The translations under genes were made by a program, and so were the position numbers. DNA of 64,000 bases from Hydrolagus colliei (taxonomy: Eukaryota), in assembly GCA_035084275.1 (NCBI GenBank), contig CM068742.1, positions 3,162,001 to 3,226,000 on the forward strand. Reading direction: 5' to 3'. Shown piece after piece: positions 26,926 to 39,790 of the stretch; positions within the stretch are counted from its first letter, which is position 1; every line of letters starts with the position of its first letter. The notes beneath the pieces are model-generated. The model did no database searches. It saw only the letters and a list, made by a program, of their open reading frames with translations, and was not told the origin of the DNA.

Positions 26926-28004
26926 TATTGTGTAAAACTTGAGATTACATTGAAAAGAATACTGATACAAACCAAACAGTGGGTCACAATGAATCTGCTA
27001 TTGAACACTACTGAATGTGTGGTGGCCAAATGAATTGCCTTTAATAAATAGTGATGCACTTTTCAATAGAAAATCAGAAGAAAATTTAGTTGAGAGTATG
27101 GGTGTTTGAAAATCATGCCTGCTCGCACCATATTGTACACACAGACATCCTTCTTACACACATAATATCACTATTTGGAGGCTCCATCAAGTCAACTCAA
27201 TTGAGAAATCTTACAAAAGGCAAAGCAACAGGAAAAGTCTCTAAAGAATATCCTTTGCTCCCAAAGACAATGGAATCAGAGACCAGAAAATTAATCCAAC
27301 TTCATAATTGACCCATTCCCTTGAGTTCTTGGTGAAATCTCAAAAGATGTTTTCTTGGTGATGTGGATGCAGATAGTTGTTGCTTCCCTTAGGAAGTAGT
27401 CTGTACTTTACATATGTCACCTCACTATATAGCTTGGGGTACTTAACACGTTAGATAATTATTAGAAGTATCATCCTTCACACCATTCATGAATAATGAA
27501 AACAGCAAGGCATCCAAACAGTATCCCGCTGAGGGATCTCAGTAGTGACTGCCCTTCTTTACTGCCAAAGCTTTTACACACATCATTACCTTCTGTTTTC
27601 TAGCACAAAGCTAATTTTCCATCCAGATAGGACAATTATTATTCATTCCAGAAGCTTTTATCTTTAAAGTATTTGCATATACAATTTGCATGACAAAATG
27701 GTTTCTAAAATCACCGACAAGACACAAAGTCATTATATTTCTTAGTACAGTATATCCTGTGAAGTGATTTGAGGTATCCTTTTGTTGTTGAAAGCCTATA
27801 CCAAAAACAAGTATTATTATTATTATTAAACCAAAGCTCTGTTCAGCTTTCCAGTTGGAAGTTAAAGATCTATTTAAAAACAGAAGGGATTTTTTCCCTT
27901 TCAACTTGCCAAGGAAGTTGGCAGAGTGTTCAAGTGCTCCAAGACGCGCTGTGTAAATGCAAGTTGTTGTACTTGTCCTGTTGACAATCTCCCAGTTAAA
28001 ACTG

Positions 28005-28215
28005 ATCATTCACTTCAGGATAGTGGAAATCTGGAAATCCCTCCGCCCAAAGACTGTGGATACTGGATCCATTCATATTTTCAAGGCTGAGGTAAAACAA
28101 TATTTTTGAGGTTAGGCTATTAAGGGATACGGGCCAGGTAACTGGACGTGAGAAACAGATCAGCCTTGATCTTATAAAAAAACGGAAAAAGCTTGAGGAG
28201 CTGAATTACTATTAT
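28005..28215 (+). mobile_element. CR1 3' fragment, old
   Basis: TTCACTTCAGGATAGTGGAAATCTGG..ATATTTTCAAGGCTGAGGTA..AAGGGATACGGG..GATCAGCCTTGATCT. Confidence 0.7.
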
Positions 28216-29199
28216 TTTTATTTGTTAAATCCTTGCTTCTGAATACTTCTAGGCTCTGTTGTTTAAATGTTAATTACTAGAAAATGTCAGCAACATTTCC
28301 CTTTTTACTGGTGTTAGAGGCTAACTGGTCGATAATTTTCAGATTAATGTATCATTCCTATTCTGATTATTGGAATAACATTCACCATCTTTCACTGCAA
28401 AGTAGAACTATTGTATTTATGGGGCCTCTTGAAAAGATTTACTACATCCTCCTGGGCATATGATCATGGAATGATATGCAGAGCTCAGGATCACGCTGAC
28501 ACTGAGGATTATTGAGCATCACTGAGCATCACACTCACAACGTATTGATGTTAGTCAAACAGATATGGAAAATAATGAAATTGTGGTCAGTTCTGATTAT
28601 ATGAATAGTTTGTGTTTTTAAAAAAAAAGTATCAGCAATTTCAAAGGTATTTTTTTCTCTCACAATGCACTTCCTAGAAGCATATTTTTCTATTTTGCAT
28701 ACATCATGTCTTTTTGGCAGTCGAGTGATAATTGTTCATCTAATCTTTGTAGTCATCCAAAAGTATATGTGTAACCTATTTCAATGGAAACTGGTGATTT
28801 TTCTATGTGTCCCTTGCATCGGATTGATGTCAATATAACATGTCATCTCTCCATAGTCCTGTGCTAAGGAGAGAGACGGCAGAATGAGAGTGCACTTCCA
28901 TTACATCAATCAAAACTAGCGTTTCACCCATTCCTATCTAATCTGCAGCAGAAGATAATAGGTAGATCTGTACTGAACACGTAGGTACAGATAGTCAGTA
29001 GCTGGCTATTTGCGCTAATGTTAGACCAGACTAGTCACAAACAGCAACACTGCCAATTACCACTTGGAACATACTATCTAAGAGAACAGAGTAGTTTGGG
29101 GTCAGTTTCATGGTTTTAAAAACACAATAGATTCATACAAATAGATTTCAAAATGTGCTTCCTTGGTACTGTGGAAAATTGCTATTAAGTGCAATCAAT

Positions 29200-30234
29200 A
29201 TGAAATTAAAGGCCCATGGCGTAAAAGGGACAGTGGCAGCGTGGATCCACAACTGGCTGCGAGACAGAAAGCAGAGAGTTGTAGTGAGCGGCTGTTTTTC
29301 AGATTGGAGGGAAGTGAGCAGTGGTGTGCCACAGGGATCGGTTTTGGGACCATTGCTGTTTGTAATCTACATCAATGATCTGGACTTGGGTGTACGGAGT
29401 ACAGTTTCCAAGTTTGCAGATGACACTAAGTTAGGGAGAATAGTAAACAGTGAGGAGGATAGTAGCCATCTGCAAGAGGATATAGACAAATTGGTAAAGT
29501 GGGCAGACACATGGCAGATGACGTTTAATGCAGAGAAGTGTGAGGTGATGCATTTTGGGAGAAGAAATGAAGGGAGGCAATATAGGCTAGATAGTACAAT
29601 TTTAAATGGTGTAAAGGAACAGAGAGACCTGGGGATTTGTGTTAGTGACTCGTTGAAGGTGGCAGGACAGGTAGACAAGGCTGTTAAGAAGGCATATGGG
29701 ATACTAGGCTGTATAAATAGGGGTATAGAGTACAAAAGTCAGGAAGTGCTGATTAACCTCTATAGGACTTTGGTGAGGCCTCAGCTGGAATACTGTGTTC
29801 AATTCTGGTCACCACACTACAGAAAGGATGTGAAGGCATTGGAAAGGGTACAACGAAGATTTACTAGGATGGTGCCAGGATTGAGGGACTTCAGCTATGA
29901 GGAGAGGCTAGATAGGCTAGGGTTATTCTCTCTGGAGCAGAGAAGATTGAGGGGAGACCTAATAGAGGTTTATAAGATCATGAGGGGTTTCGACAGGGCA
30001 AATAGAGAAAAACTATTTCCACTCGTGGGTCACAGATTTAAAATAGTTTCAAGGCGCAGTAGAGGGGAGCTGAGGAGAAATGTTTTCACTCAGCGAGTTG
30101 TTCGAATCTGGAATGCATTGCCTGAAAAGGTGGTGGAGGCTGATTCGATAACAACTTTTAAAAGGGAATTAGATCTTTATTTAGGGAGAACAGGTCTATT
30201 AGGCTATGGGGAGCGGGCAGGGCAGTGGGATTGA
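29200..30234 (+). pseudogene. CR1 ORF2 reverse transcriptase, C-terminal portion (open frame, no genuine N-terminus)
   Basis: [52 protein letters not shown]; the upstream codons in the ORF call come from flanking DNA. Confidence 0.93.
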
Positions 30235-30323
30235 ATCGCTCTTTTCAAAGAGCCGGCACAGACTAGATGGGCCGAATGGCCTCCTTTTGTGCCGTAAAAT
30301 TCTATGATTCTATGATTCTATGA
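29200..30323 (+). mobile_element. CR1 LINE, young, 5'-truncated (about 1.1 kb)
   Basis: Uninterrupted ORF2 C-terminal half followed by 3' UTR and (ATTCTATG)n tail. Confidence 0.97.
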
Positions 30324-30612
30324 ATATAGTCATATCCTTTCAAAACAAGAAGTCAACTTTTCTCATACGTAAAGGAAATTATTCTTTGTTGAAATGCAGA
30401 AGATTGCACTTGTTATCCAAAGTGTTTCTGCTATTTATGTCTCCCATGATTTGACCAGAGCCTCAGTAAGAAAGTCACTGTTATGTAGTAAAGTGGGTTA
30501 TTCAAAGATTATGTACAAAAATACAATATCCAAGTTTAAAGAATTTCAGTTGCATTCATTGCAAAATCTTGCTTTCCTACATTCATACCTACACACATAT
30601 TTTCAGCCAATG

Positions 30613-30824
30613 TAATAATAATAATAATCCTTGAATTTGATATACCACTTTTCACGTCTTCTAGACAACTCAAAGCACTTCACAGAATATAGCTTAAAGT
30701 GAATTGACTGTATATTTGTGGGCGAAACGTGGCAGCCAATTGCACACAGCAGTGTCCCACAAACAGTCGTGGAATGAAATGACCAATTTTTATGATTGTT
30801 TTCTTTTGGAGGGATTATTACCAG
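30613..30824 (-). mobile_element. Composite SINE, 5'-truncated (Deu-like part and tail only)
   Basis: Homologous to 21434-21640; ends just beyond GGGATTATTA at 30811-30820. Confidence 0.9.
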
Positions 30825-30864
30825 TATCTCCAGACTCTGAAAGTCTCCTCAATCTCTCCATCTT

Positions 30865-31030
30865 ACTGCCTCCTTCTTGAGATCACATCTGAAGACCTTC
30901 TTCTTCGACCATGCCAATAGTCACCTTCCCCCATTTCCCCCTCCTTGGTGCCAAGCTCAGCCATTGTTAAGCACTCCACGATACAAACTCGCATGTCCAG
31001 TGCTATATAATGCGAATTGTTGTTGTTATC
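30865..31030 (+). mobile_element. L2 3' end fragment
   Basis: SHLKTFFFD and GTGCTATATAATGCGAA(TTG)n tail. Confidence 0.75.
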
Positions 31031-31147
31031 GCCCCACTGTCTTGACATTCAAACATAAAGGATCTTCACCAAGTGGAAAAATATTACAAACGTGAACAGG
31101 AAATACATTGAAGAGGAAATTTTATGCAAACATGATGGAGAAGGGAA

Positions 31148-32320
31148 AATAACAACAACAACATTACATTTATAGAGCACCCTTCGTGTCGGGAGGACGT
31201 CCCAAGCTGCTGAACAGTCAGTTCGAGACCTGAGAAGGGGGGTTAGGCTCAGGGTAGGGGCAGGGGAATGGAGAATAGGAAAGGGGGGAGAGTTAGGAGG
31301 GCAGCAGAAGGCACGATCGAAGAGGAAGGTCTTGAGACCGGCCTTGAAGGGGGAAAGGAGGAAGCGAGGCGAAGGGAACTGATGGAGTTCCAGAGTGTGG
31401 GGGCAGAGAGGCTAAAAGCTCAGCCACCGATGGTAGGGCGGTTTGGGCTGGGGACATGGAGCAGGCCAGAGCCCACTGAACGGAGGGGATGGGCAGGCTG
31501 ATAGGGAGACAGCAGGTCAGAGAGATAGGTGGGAGCCAGGCCGTGAATGGCCTTGAAAGTGAGGACAAGGATCTTGAATTCGATCCTCCGGGGGATGGGG
31601 AGCCAGTGGAAACGGGCGAGGGTGGGAGTGATGAAGGTCTCGGAGCCGAGTGTGGGAGAGTACAGGAGCTGCAGAGTTTGTGAAGGGAGGAGCTGGGAAG
31701 GCCAACGAGGAGAGAGTTCCCATAGTGGCCTTGATGTGATTAACATGGAAACCACTCCAATCGGGTTTCTGTGCTGTGGACACCAACTGCTCTGCTCAAG
31801 GTCACAAACGACATCCTTTCCAGCTGCGACCAGGGCCCCCTCTACCTCCTCGTCCTCCTCGATCTATAAGGTAGTGGCAGAGTCTGGCAATGTTGTGGAG
31901 GTGGTGGAAGGCTGTACCGGTCACGGTGTGGATTTGGGGGAGGAAGGACAGCTCAGGGTCGAACAAGACGCCCAGATTCCTGACTGGCTTCGAGAGGTGA
32001 GCCTTCAATGCTGATGTTGCCAGTGCCTGAGGTGCGGAGGCGCTGACGCGAGCCAATCAGGAGGGCCTCCGTCTTGTTGACGTTTAGTTGGAGGAAGTTG
32101 TCCCTCTTCCAGGACTCAATGTCGGACAGACACATGGTCAGAAGGCCTGTAGTCCTGGAGTTGAGCGTGGAAGCAGAAAAGTAGAGTTGGGTCCATCCGC
32201 ACACGTGTGGAAATTTATTCCACGTCTGTGGATGATGTTACCGAGGAGGAGCATGGAGAGGGTGAAGAGGAGGGGGCCAAGGACAGAGCCCTGAGGAACC
32301 CTTAGAAATAAGGGTATGGG
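31148..32320 (-). mobile_element. L2 LINE (subfamily A), RT C-terminal half to tail, with an inverted internal segment
   Basis: [10 protein letters not shown] at about 32290-32320, NFLQLNVNKTE, VRNLGVLFD, HWLPIPRRIEFKIL, (AAC)n tail at 31148. Confidence 0.93.
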
Positions 32321-32867
32321 GAAAGACTAGAAAGCAGGGATTGGGATGGTTGACGTATACATATTGCATGGATTATTTGGATCAAATAACTTTTGCTGCT
32401 GGAGATTCTATCTTTTCCTATGTAACAATGTGGATTTATATTCAGTAACTTGCCCTTAACTTTTGTGGGTGTGTTTTTTTCTCGGAAATGTGTTCCTGAG
32501 TTCTGCAGCACTTCTCTCCTGTCAGTCCATCGCTTGAATAAGATTCCACACGTAACGTTCAACTTCTGGCCATTCTTAATATGCAGCCTAAATCAGGGTG
32601 AACTGCCTTCATGTTTGATAACAAAACAAATGTTTGCACTTTCTTGCTGAGGCCGCTAGATAGCAATTAAAGAACAAGAAGTCTGGCTGATTTTTTTCCC
32701 TCCCAATGGAATTCCAATCATTGGCCAGGCTGCAATCAGCTAACAAAGCAAAAACAGATTCAATAATGCAACCATCCGGTCTATATTCTTTGTGTAACAT
32801 TAGGCAATGCTTTCCAGCCCCACAGGCGATCATGGCTTATTTTGTCCTCTGAAAATCTAAACTGTTA

Positions 32868-32932
32868 GATGGATGGATGGATGGATGGATGGATGGATGG
32901 ATGGATGGATGGATGGATGGATGGATGGATGG
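32868..32932. repeat. (GGAT)n tetranucleotide microsatellite
   Basis: About 16 perfect units. Confidence 0.98.
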
Positions 32933-33119
32933 CTTCCATCTTGCTTCATTGTCTGATCCTACCTTCAAAAGTTGAATTGCTGAGCAGCATTTATACAATG
33001 AAGTGTCATGTTTCTTATTTATTTCATCAGACGTTTGGGCTGAAATTTGTAAATTTGTCTTTGCTTGTAATGGTTTCTTAGCATTTTGCCTTAAAACTAA
33101 GAGTGCATAGAAATTTGGA

Positions 33120-34049
33120 AACGGCATGCTGGATGCACCCAGTAAACGGTATGCCGGATATTCGGGTCGCAAGTTGATGAAACACCCCCCAAAAAAACAA
33201 CATTTTTTAAACATACCATATTAATAATAGACCAAATAACATCATAATATTGTATAGATACTTACCAATAAAGCAATAAATATTGATTACAGTCTAAAAA
33301 CACAGCACACAATTACAAAGCAAATTTCTATAGTGGCGGATGGAAGAGTTTTTTTTTCTCTTAAAGGGGGTACTGTCGATTTTTTCTTCTTTTTTTCTTT
33401 CTCTCCCTCCTTCCCTCTCTCTCTGTCTTTCACACACACCCTCGGTCAGTCTGGCATCCCCTCTCTCTCTCCCTGCCTATCTCTCCTTCTCCCACTCCAC
33501 CCACCACCAAAACAGTGTATAAACCGATGATACAGTTAGGCTACAGAGGCAANNNNNNNNNNNNNNNNNNNNNNNNNNNNNNNNNNNNNNNNNNNNNNNN
33601 NNNNNNNNNNNNNNNNNNNNNNNNNNNNNNNNNNNNNNNNNNNNNNNNNNNNNNNNNNNNNNNNNNNNNNNNNNNNNNNNNNNNNNNNNNNNNNNNNNNN
33701 NNNNNNNNNNNNNNNNNNNNNNNNNNNNNNNNNNNNNNNNNNNNNNNNGAGGGATATATAGAAAGTAAGGAAGGAGAGGGGGAGATGGAAAAAGAAAAAG
33801 AGGGAGAGAAAAAAAGGAGAGGGAGAGGAAAACCGACAGTGCCCCTTTAAGTTGAAAAACCAGAAGTGCCACTACCAACAACATTCAGAACTAATTGTAC
33901 TGTACTCTCATGCGACAATCGACTCATTAAATGCGCCAACGCGATTGTGCCACATAAGATCCGGTTATTCGAATGGGGACCTTTTTTTTGAGGTGCCAGT
34001 TATACGGAAGTTACAATTGATTGGGTCATGGATAAATGGGCTTTTACTG
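33120..34049. mobile_element. Second copy of the CAGTAAAAG TIR element; left TIR missing
   Basis: Colinear with 25950-26925; right end GGATAAATGGGCTTTTACTG|TA. Confidence 0.85.
33553..33748. other. Assembly gap (196 N)
   Basis: Run of N inside the TIR element. Confidence 1.
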
Positions 34050-35216
34050 TATTTTACATTTTAGAACATCCAGGATGTAGCAAATTCTCAAATGCAGCCT
34101 TCATTATGAGGCAGGTTTCTTTTTAAAAACAAGAGAAAATCGACTTCAAAATTAAGATTGAATTCAATAAATTGTGAAATTCTGTAGGCTTTGTAATTCT
34201 ACATAAACAGAAGAAGCTTAGAACCAGGTGGAATTTTTATTCATACTTTTTAGGTGTCAGCTGGGTGTCTGACATGTATGGAAAAGTATCACTGTGTTTG
34301 AGTGTATCTCAACCAGACATAGAGTTTCTATAACATACAAACTTCTGCCACCTGCAGATAGAAGTCTCTTCTCTGAAATATAATTTGCATTCACTCCTTG
34401 TTAGGAAGTACCATTCTTAACTAATTCCACAGAATATTAGGTGAAGTTTGCCAAGGCTTGGGAGTCCCTGAGTGTGGATTGGGGCACTCATGGAGGTTAA
34501 CCAGCAGGAAAAAAAAGGAAAACTTGCCATTAAAAGCACTGTTTGGTAAATTCTCTGCTGCTCGTTGAGCCAGCTGCACACTAGCAAATCAACTGACTTC
34601 AAGTTTCATGAGCTAGCACACCCAAATCCCAAATGATGCATTTGTTTTCAGTTAACTGGAGTGGTTTCTCACATTTCTCATTAACCTGACAAAATAACAG
34701 AACCCTGATCCGAAATTCATAAGTTATAGTGTCTTCTAACGCGGCTATATATTGTGAGAAAGAAACAGCAGAATGCAGGCAAATGTAAAACATTTTATTT
34801 AAAGCTTGAAAATGTATGCTCTCCTTGAATAACATAAACAAGGGAAGGTTGTTGTTTTCTGGACATATGGGAAGAAATTCTGAATACAGTAATTGCTTTC
34901 AGGCACTACGCCCCGCAACCTAACAACGCAGTTAAACTTTAATCTTTTCTATTGCCCAGTAAATCTCCTTAGAGTATTATGTACATGATTATTTCCAATT
35001 CTATTGAAAACTACTCAAACATGGAAGGAACACAACACTGTTTGCGTGCTTCTTTAGTGTCAGAGCCCAGTTTGAGCAAACTTTGGGTTGGCTTTAATAG
35101 ATTTTGCCATATTCATTTGGGAATTTTAGCCTTTTATCTTGTAAAAACAGTATAAATCCTTTTTGATATAAATGGAGCCTCTGGCATGTATTTGCCATTT
35201 TAAGAGGTGAAATAAA

Positions 35217-35261
35217 TCAAATCGAATGAGCTACTATTCTATAGTAGCTCATTCGATTTGA
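35217..35261. repeat. Perfect 21-bp inverted repeat with 3-nt loop
   Basis: TCAAATCGAATGAGCTACTAT-TCT-ATAGTAGCTCATTCGATTTGA. Confidence 0.97.
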
Positions 35262-35697
35262 AAAGCAAATTGTCTTAAAGCTTCAATTTCTCTTACCTCT
35301 GTAGAATAATGGTAGCATTCAGTGGCTTTTTATTGTCTTTTGCACATTAACTACATTGCAAAGGTGAATGCCGTTTGATTTTGATAGCCACTTCATTCAG
35401 AGTATGGGTTTCAAATTAAATTATTATTTCAAATTGACTTATCCATTTTCAAATTGCTTTGAGTGAGTCCTGATGAGGACATTGTCGTCAGGGAATTGCA
35501 CCAATCTGAAATCAATGCAGCTGATCATTTACAGCTGAGGTTTCTTTTAATGAAGTTTCAATATCTGTGTCTTGTTGATTAAGCTCTTTTTCTCCCCTGG
35601 AGGCCCAGAGGTCTGAAGGATTGGGTTAGTTCCTGATTAACTGTAAGACATGCATTTAAGATTGTATTGACTATAGTACCTGTTGCTGTTGATTGTT

Positions 35698-35910
35698 ACA
35701 ACAAGAGCAGCAGCAACTTGCATTTATATAGTGAGCTACAGACCCGGTGGTGTCTCAGAGTGGTTCCCATTGACGAATCCCGAGGCCAAGCCAGTGGGGG
35801 GGGGGGAAGGTGACCGTAAGTGTGGCCCGAGCTGAAGGTGGGAAAAGAGGGGGCGAGGCAAAGGGGTTGAAGGAGGGAGTTCCAAAGCTTTGGGGTGCAG
35901 TGGCTGAAAA
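35698..35910 (-). mobile_element. L2 3' end (subfamily B-like)
   Basis: CAACTTGCATTTATATAGTG..GTCTCAGAGTG..GAGGGAGTTCCAAAG. Confidence 0.75.
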
Positions 35911-35994
35911 CTAGAAAACTATCTAGAATTGGTTATTCTGTTTTCTTTGTCATTCAAAACCACACCCCCCCAAAAAATAAGCATATTAGGTTAG

Positions 35995-36080
35995 AAGATC
36001 AGCTGTGATCCTGTTAATAGGTAGAGCAGGCTCAATGGGCCGAATGGCCTATTCCTGCTCCTATTTCTTATGTTCTTATA
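35995..36080 (+). mobile_element. CR1-type 3' tail (second subfamily)
   Basis: GGGCCGAATGGCCTATTCCTGCTCCTATTTCTTATGTTCTTAT, matching the tail of 59485-59935. Confidence 0.8.
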
Positions 36081-36969
36081 TACATATCAATTGGAATTGT
36101 GAAATGGAACAAGTTATAAAATGTGGTGTAGAGTATGTTAATCATTGTAACTCCGATTATTTACTGGAGTTTCATGACAGTGAGATTGACAGTGAGATTG
36201 AAAACAATTACTTCACTTTGTTTCACTTTCTTGCTTCCCAGAAATGTTAAATTTATTCAGAATTTCTTGCCATAAATCTAGAAAATAACAACCTTCCTTT
36301 TTTTTCGCTACTTTCCCATAACTACATACAGATACCCAGCAATCATACCGTCACAACAAATTACAGAATTCCGGAGCTAAATCAATGGTGTTTTCAGTGA
36401 AGCAGCATTCAAATCGATTCCAAGCAAGCACATGTGAACCTCTGCTTTCCACCTGATATTGTCATCTACTGGGTTAAAATAAAGATAACTTTACATTCAG
36501 GCTTTTACTGCTGGGTTAAGCGACAAATTTGAGGAGAGCTAGAGGTTATTGTGGATAGGTTGATAAAACTGCCAGACCATTCTTTGAGGCACTAAAAGGG
36601 GAATAATATACTGAACTGCATTAGCAGAGCAACATAGGGCAAATCAAGATGTTACAATGCCCCCACCCGATAGCTTTTTCATGAATGTAATCTCAAGTGT
36701 GTTGATATCGACCTTCGGATGGTACAAAGACTAGCAACCGAGGTGATAATAACTCTTAGTATAGGGTGAATCCACATCCCCGATTTCCAGAGGCTAGACC
36801 CAGAGATCTACCTCACTAGATGAGGTATTGTGTCCTTGGCCAAATATGTCCAGTCTTGAATTCAGCACCAAATTGAGCAAGAACAATAACATTCTAAAAT
36901 AGATTTGCTCATCAGAGAGAATCAACCGTTAATCTAATAAGATTCTTGATTGTTGTCTGCATCAGGAAT

Positions 36970-37283
36970 TGTGGTGGTCCACGTTCCTCCGACCCAACCG
37001 CCCCACCATTGGCGGGCGAGCCTTCAGCCCCTCTGCCACCAAACTCTGGAACTCCATCCCCAGTCCTTCTGCCTCGCCCCCTCCTTGGCCTCCTTCAAGT
37101 CTCGCCTCAAGACTCTCCTCTTCGATGGACCCATCGGAAACTCCTAATCCCCCACTTCCCTCCCCCCCACCCTCACCCCTCCCCCCCCCCCAAACCCACT
37201 GTCTTCAGATTGGGTCTGAAGCATTGAATGTCCAGCGCCTTGGGACGTCCTCCTGACATGAAAGGTAATTTTATTGCTGTTGA
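36970..37283 (+). mobile_element. L2 3' end (subfamily A)
   Basis: RPNRPTIGGRAFS..KLWNSIP; GCGCCTTGGGACGTCCTCCTGACATGAAAGG tail. Confidence 0.9.
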
Positions 37284-38589
37284 TTACAGATAATGTTCAG
37301 CAAGGAAACAACAACTCAGCCCAACCAGTCCATGTCACTATTTGTACACCGCACAAGTCACAAAGGGAATTGACATGGTTGATCCCAAGAAATTGTCAAA
37401 GTGACAACTTCAAACATATGCCCAGGACATTAAAATCATGACGTAAGGGAGTATAACAAAATGTTTGACCTGAGTCTGAAATATTATAAATAACAGATCA
37501 TTTCAAAACTATCCACAAATTCGCTATATTAAAATAATAAGAAACCAAACTGAAACTCAGCATTCTCAGAAAATCTGAACGGACAATGTTGATGCCAATC
37601 ACGTTCACCAGAATTTATTTCAGTAAACATGCAGTAGTCTCCGAAAAACCTCTGCCTGCAGATTTTGTGACAGATTTCGGAATATCACTCAAATGATAAT
37701 ACCTATTTGCACAGCAGTTTCAATGAAAGCTTTAAGATAGAGGGAGAGCTTCCTGCAAATGCAACGTTGATTATTCAGATTCTTCTGAAATCTATTTTTG
37801 TTGATACAGGAGGTTTTCTCACAGTTGACAATAAGTTGCATTGGTTACAAGAGAAGATGCTGATTGTGTTAAGTCCATGGAAAAAATTATAGTTTCATTT
37901 AAATCTGAACCATATTACTTCATTTTCTATTTCTCATAAAAACATGACAAACCATGTAGGTTCCTAATAACCAGGGCCACCAATATCACCCTGGGTGGCA
38001 ATCTTATTATAGGGTTATATTATGTGATTGCCATGTTTTAGTCAGTCTGACTCCACATTGGCTTATTCATGGGAACATTTGCAGAAAAGGAAAATTACAT
38101 CATCTTTACTCCATAGTTCAAAATTTCTAAAGCTATACGGCTCAAGTCTTCTTCGAGATTATCAGTGTCTCATGTGATCTGAAACCAGTGCTGAGTGATG
38201 TGTTTAGCAACAGAAATCAAGAGGGAAATGGATGATTGTATAGAAGGCAGTTATCTATTATAAATGTCAGCTGAAAAACGGGAAGGTAAACATATAAACT
38301 GTAGGCAGGGAAGGAAAACCTTATACCCTGCATTTTTATCACAGGAAATGCATTGACTTGACCAATTAGAAAGGAACCTTCACTATGGTGAAATGCTTTT
38401 GATTTTCTGTCTCTGCCATAGCAACATCTTCGAAGAAGAACTTAATTTACTGTTTGTTTGGCTAGATACACCCACTGAACAAAAATATTTATTGAAATTT
38501 ACAATGATCTACAAAGAATGTATGCACCGGTCCAGAAACCTCTCATGTTCTCTTGCCGCTAAAAGGCGTAGGCAATTTACTGTGCAATT

Positions 38590-38945
38590 TTTTAGCTCTA
38601 TATCTAGCCTGCTGTTCCAATGTAGTGTCGGGTTAATGCTGCATTATTGCCCTTGAGATGAGACAATCGACTGAGTTTCTATCTATCTTTTGAAATGGGA
38701 ATCAATGATCCCATAGCACTATTCAAAAAGAAAAGCAAATTTCTCCTGGTATCCTGATCAACAATCTCTCAAATAAAATTGGCATGCTCGCCACTGTGGG
38801 CTGCTACTTTCTATGAGAATATAAATAGAAGTTGTTGTTGTTGACCATTATAAATGACAACATTATAACCTCACCGCTATTTTGGGGACAATGATGTGTG
38901 GCAGTTGGCTGTCATGTTCGCCTATAAATGCAAGTGCTTCCTTAT
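38590..38945 (+). mobile_element. SacSINE1-like fragment with a short L2-type tail inside
   Basis: GATCCCATAGCACTATTCAAAAAGAAAAGC..TCTCCTGGTATCCTG; (GTT)n tail at about 38815-38843; TTGGCTGTCATGTTCGCCTA. Confidence 0.65.
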
Positions 38946-39790
38946 TTACAATGAAAGTTTTGTTTGGCTAGAATCCTAAAGTATATACAGTAATTTGATT
39001 AGACAAATGTCATTAGACACCCAGAAATGAACACCCCAAATACCAATTTTACAATGCATATTCGTGTTGGTCAGCTGGGTGTCTCTATCATATGTGAAAC
39101 ACCATCAACTCAAACAGCAAGTATCCAAGCTAGACTGAGAGTTTTATGTATGTCACTTGGACATGGTAATTTCTATGTATTGGAATGGAATACACATTCT
39201 CTCCCTGCAAGAACACAAACATTTTTGCCAAATTCTGCCGAGCATTAGTCACAGATTGAGGTCCACAAACTGTGGCTTTAGCCAGAGTGTGTATTGAAGT
39301 GCTGCTGGAGATTAACCAGTTAAAACAGTGCTTCCAATAGTACATCTTGCCTTTGGAAGAACCGTTTGCCAAGCTTCTCACTTATCCAGCTAGGACCACC
39401 CTACTTGTCAGGGCTTTGACTTGCAGGGTTAATACAAACTTTGTACAGCAGATGCCCAGTGATCAGACTGTCTCTCTAAATCCTATTGAACCAAGATGCT
39501 GGGTCTACCATTACACTGGCCTACAGTACTGGAGACTCGGCTGGCCCAGGAAACACAAGTAGGAACAACAAAGGAATAACTCTTTTCTGGCATTCCACAG
39601 CCAAGAATGAAATCCCATTTATTTCACCCCCACTACCTTCCTAGATGATAAAATTCTTGCAGCTGAAATTCTGTGCGATTCCTCCACAATACAAAATACA
39701 CCAGAATCGAGTCAATCTTCCATAGTGCGTTTTGCATACTTTGTGCAGCCAGTTGTATGCGTGCGCTATACCAAATGTTTTTATATAATA

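Noticed and set aside
29155-30234. 359-aa ORF as a host or domesticated gene
   Set aside because: It is a 5'-truncated CR1 ORF2 with the family 3' UTR and tail; the open frame is explained by young age.
32837-33214. HPSI/MDGW repeat proteins
   Set aside because: Translation of the (GGAT)n microsatellite.
35468-35495. Hammerhead ribozyme core suggested by CTGATGAG
   Set aside because: No GAAA after the putative stem II; it is just a short imperfect hairpin.
37703-37752. Minus-strand mini-exon KLSLYLKAFIETAVQI
   Set aside because: Short, with only moderate splice signals and no recognisable homology.
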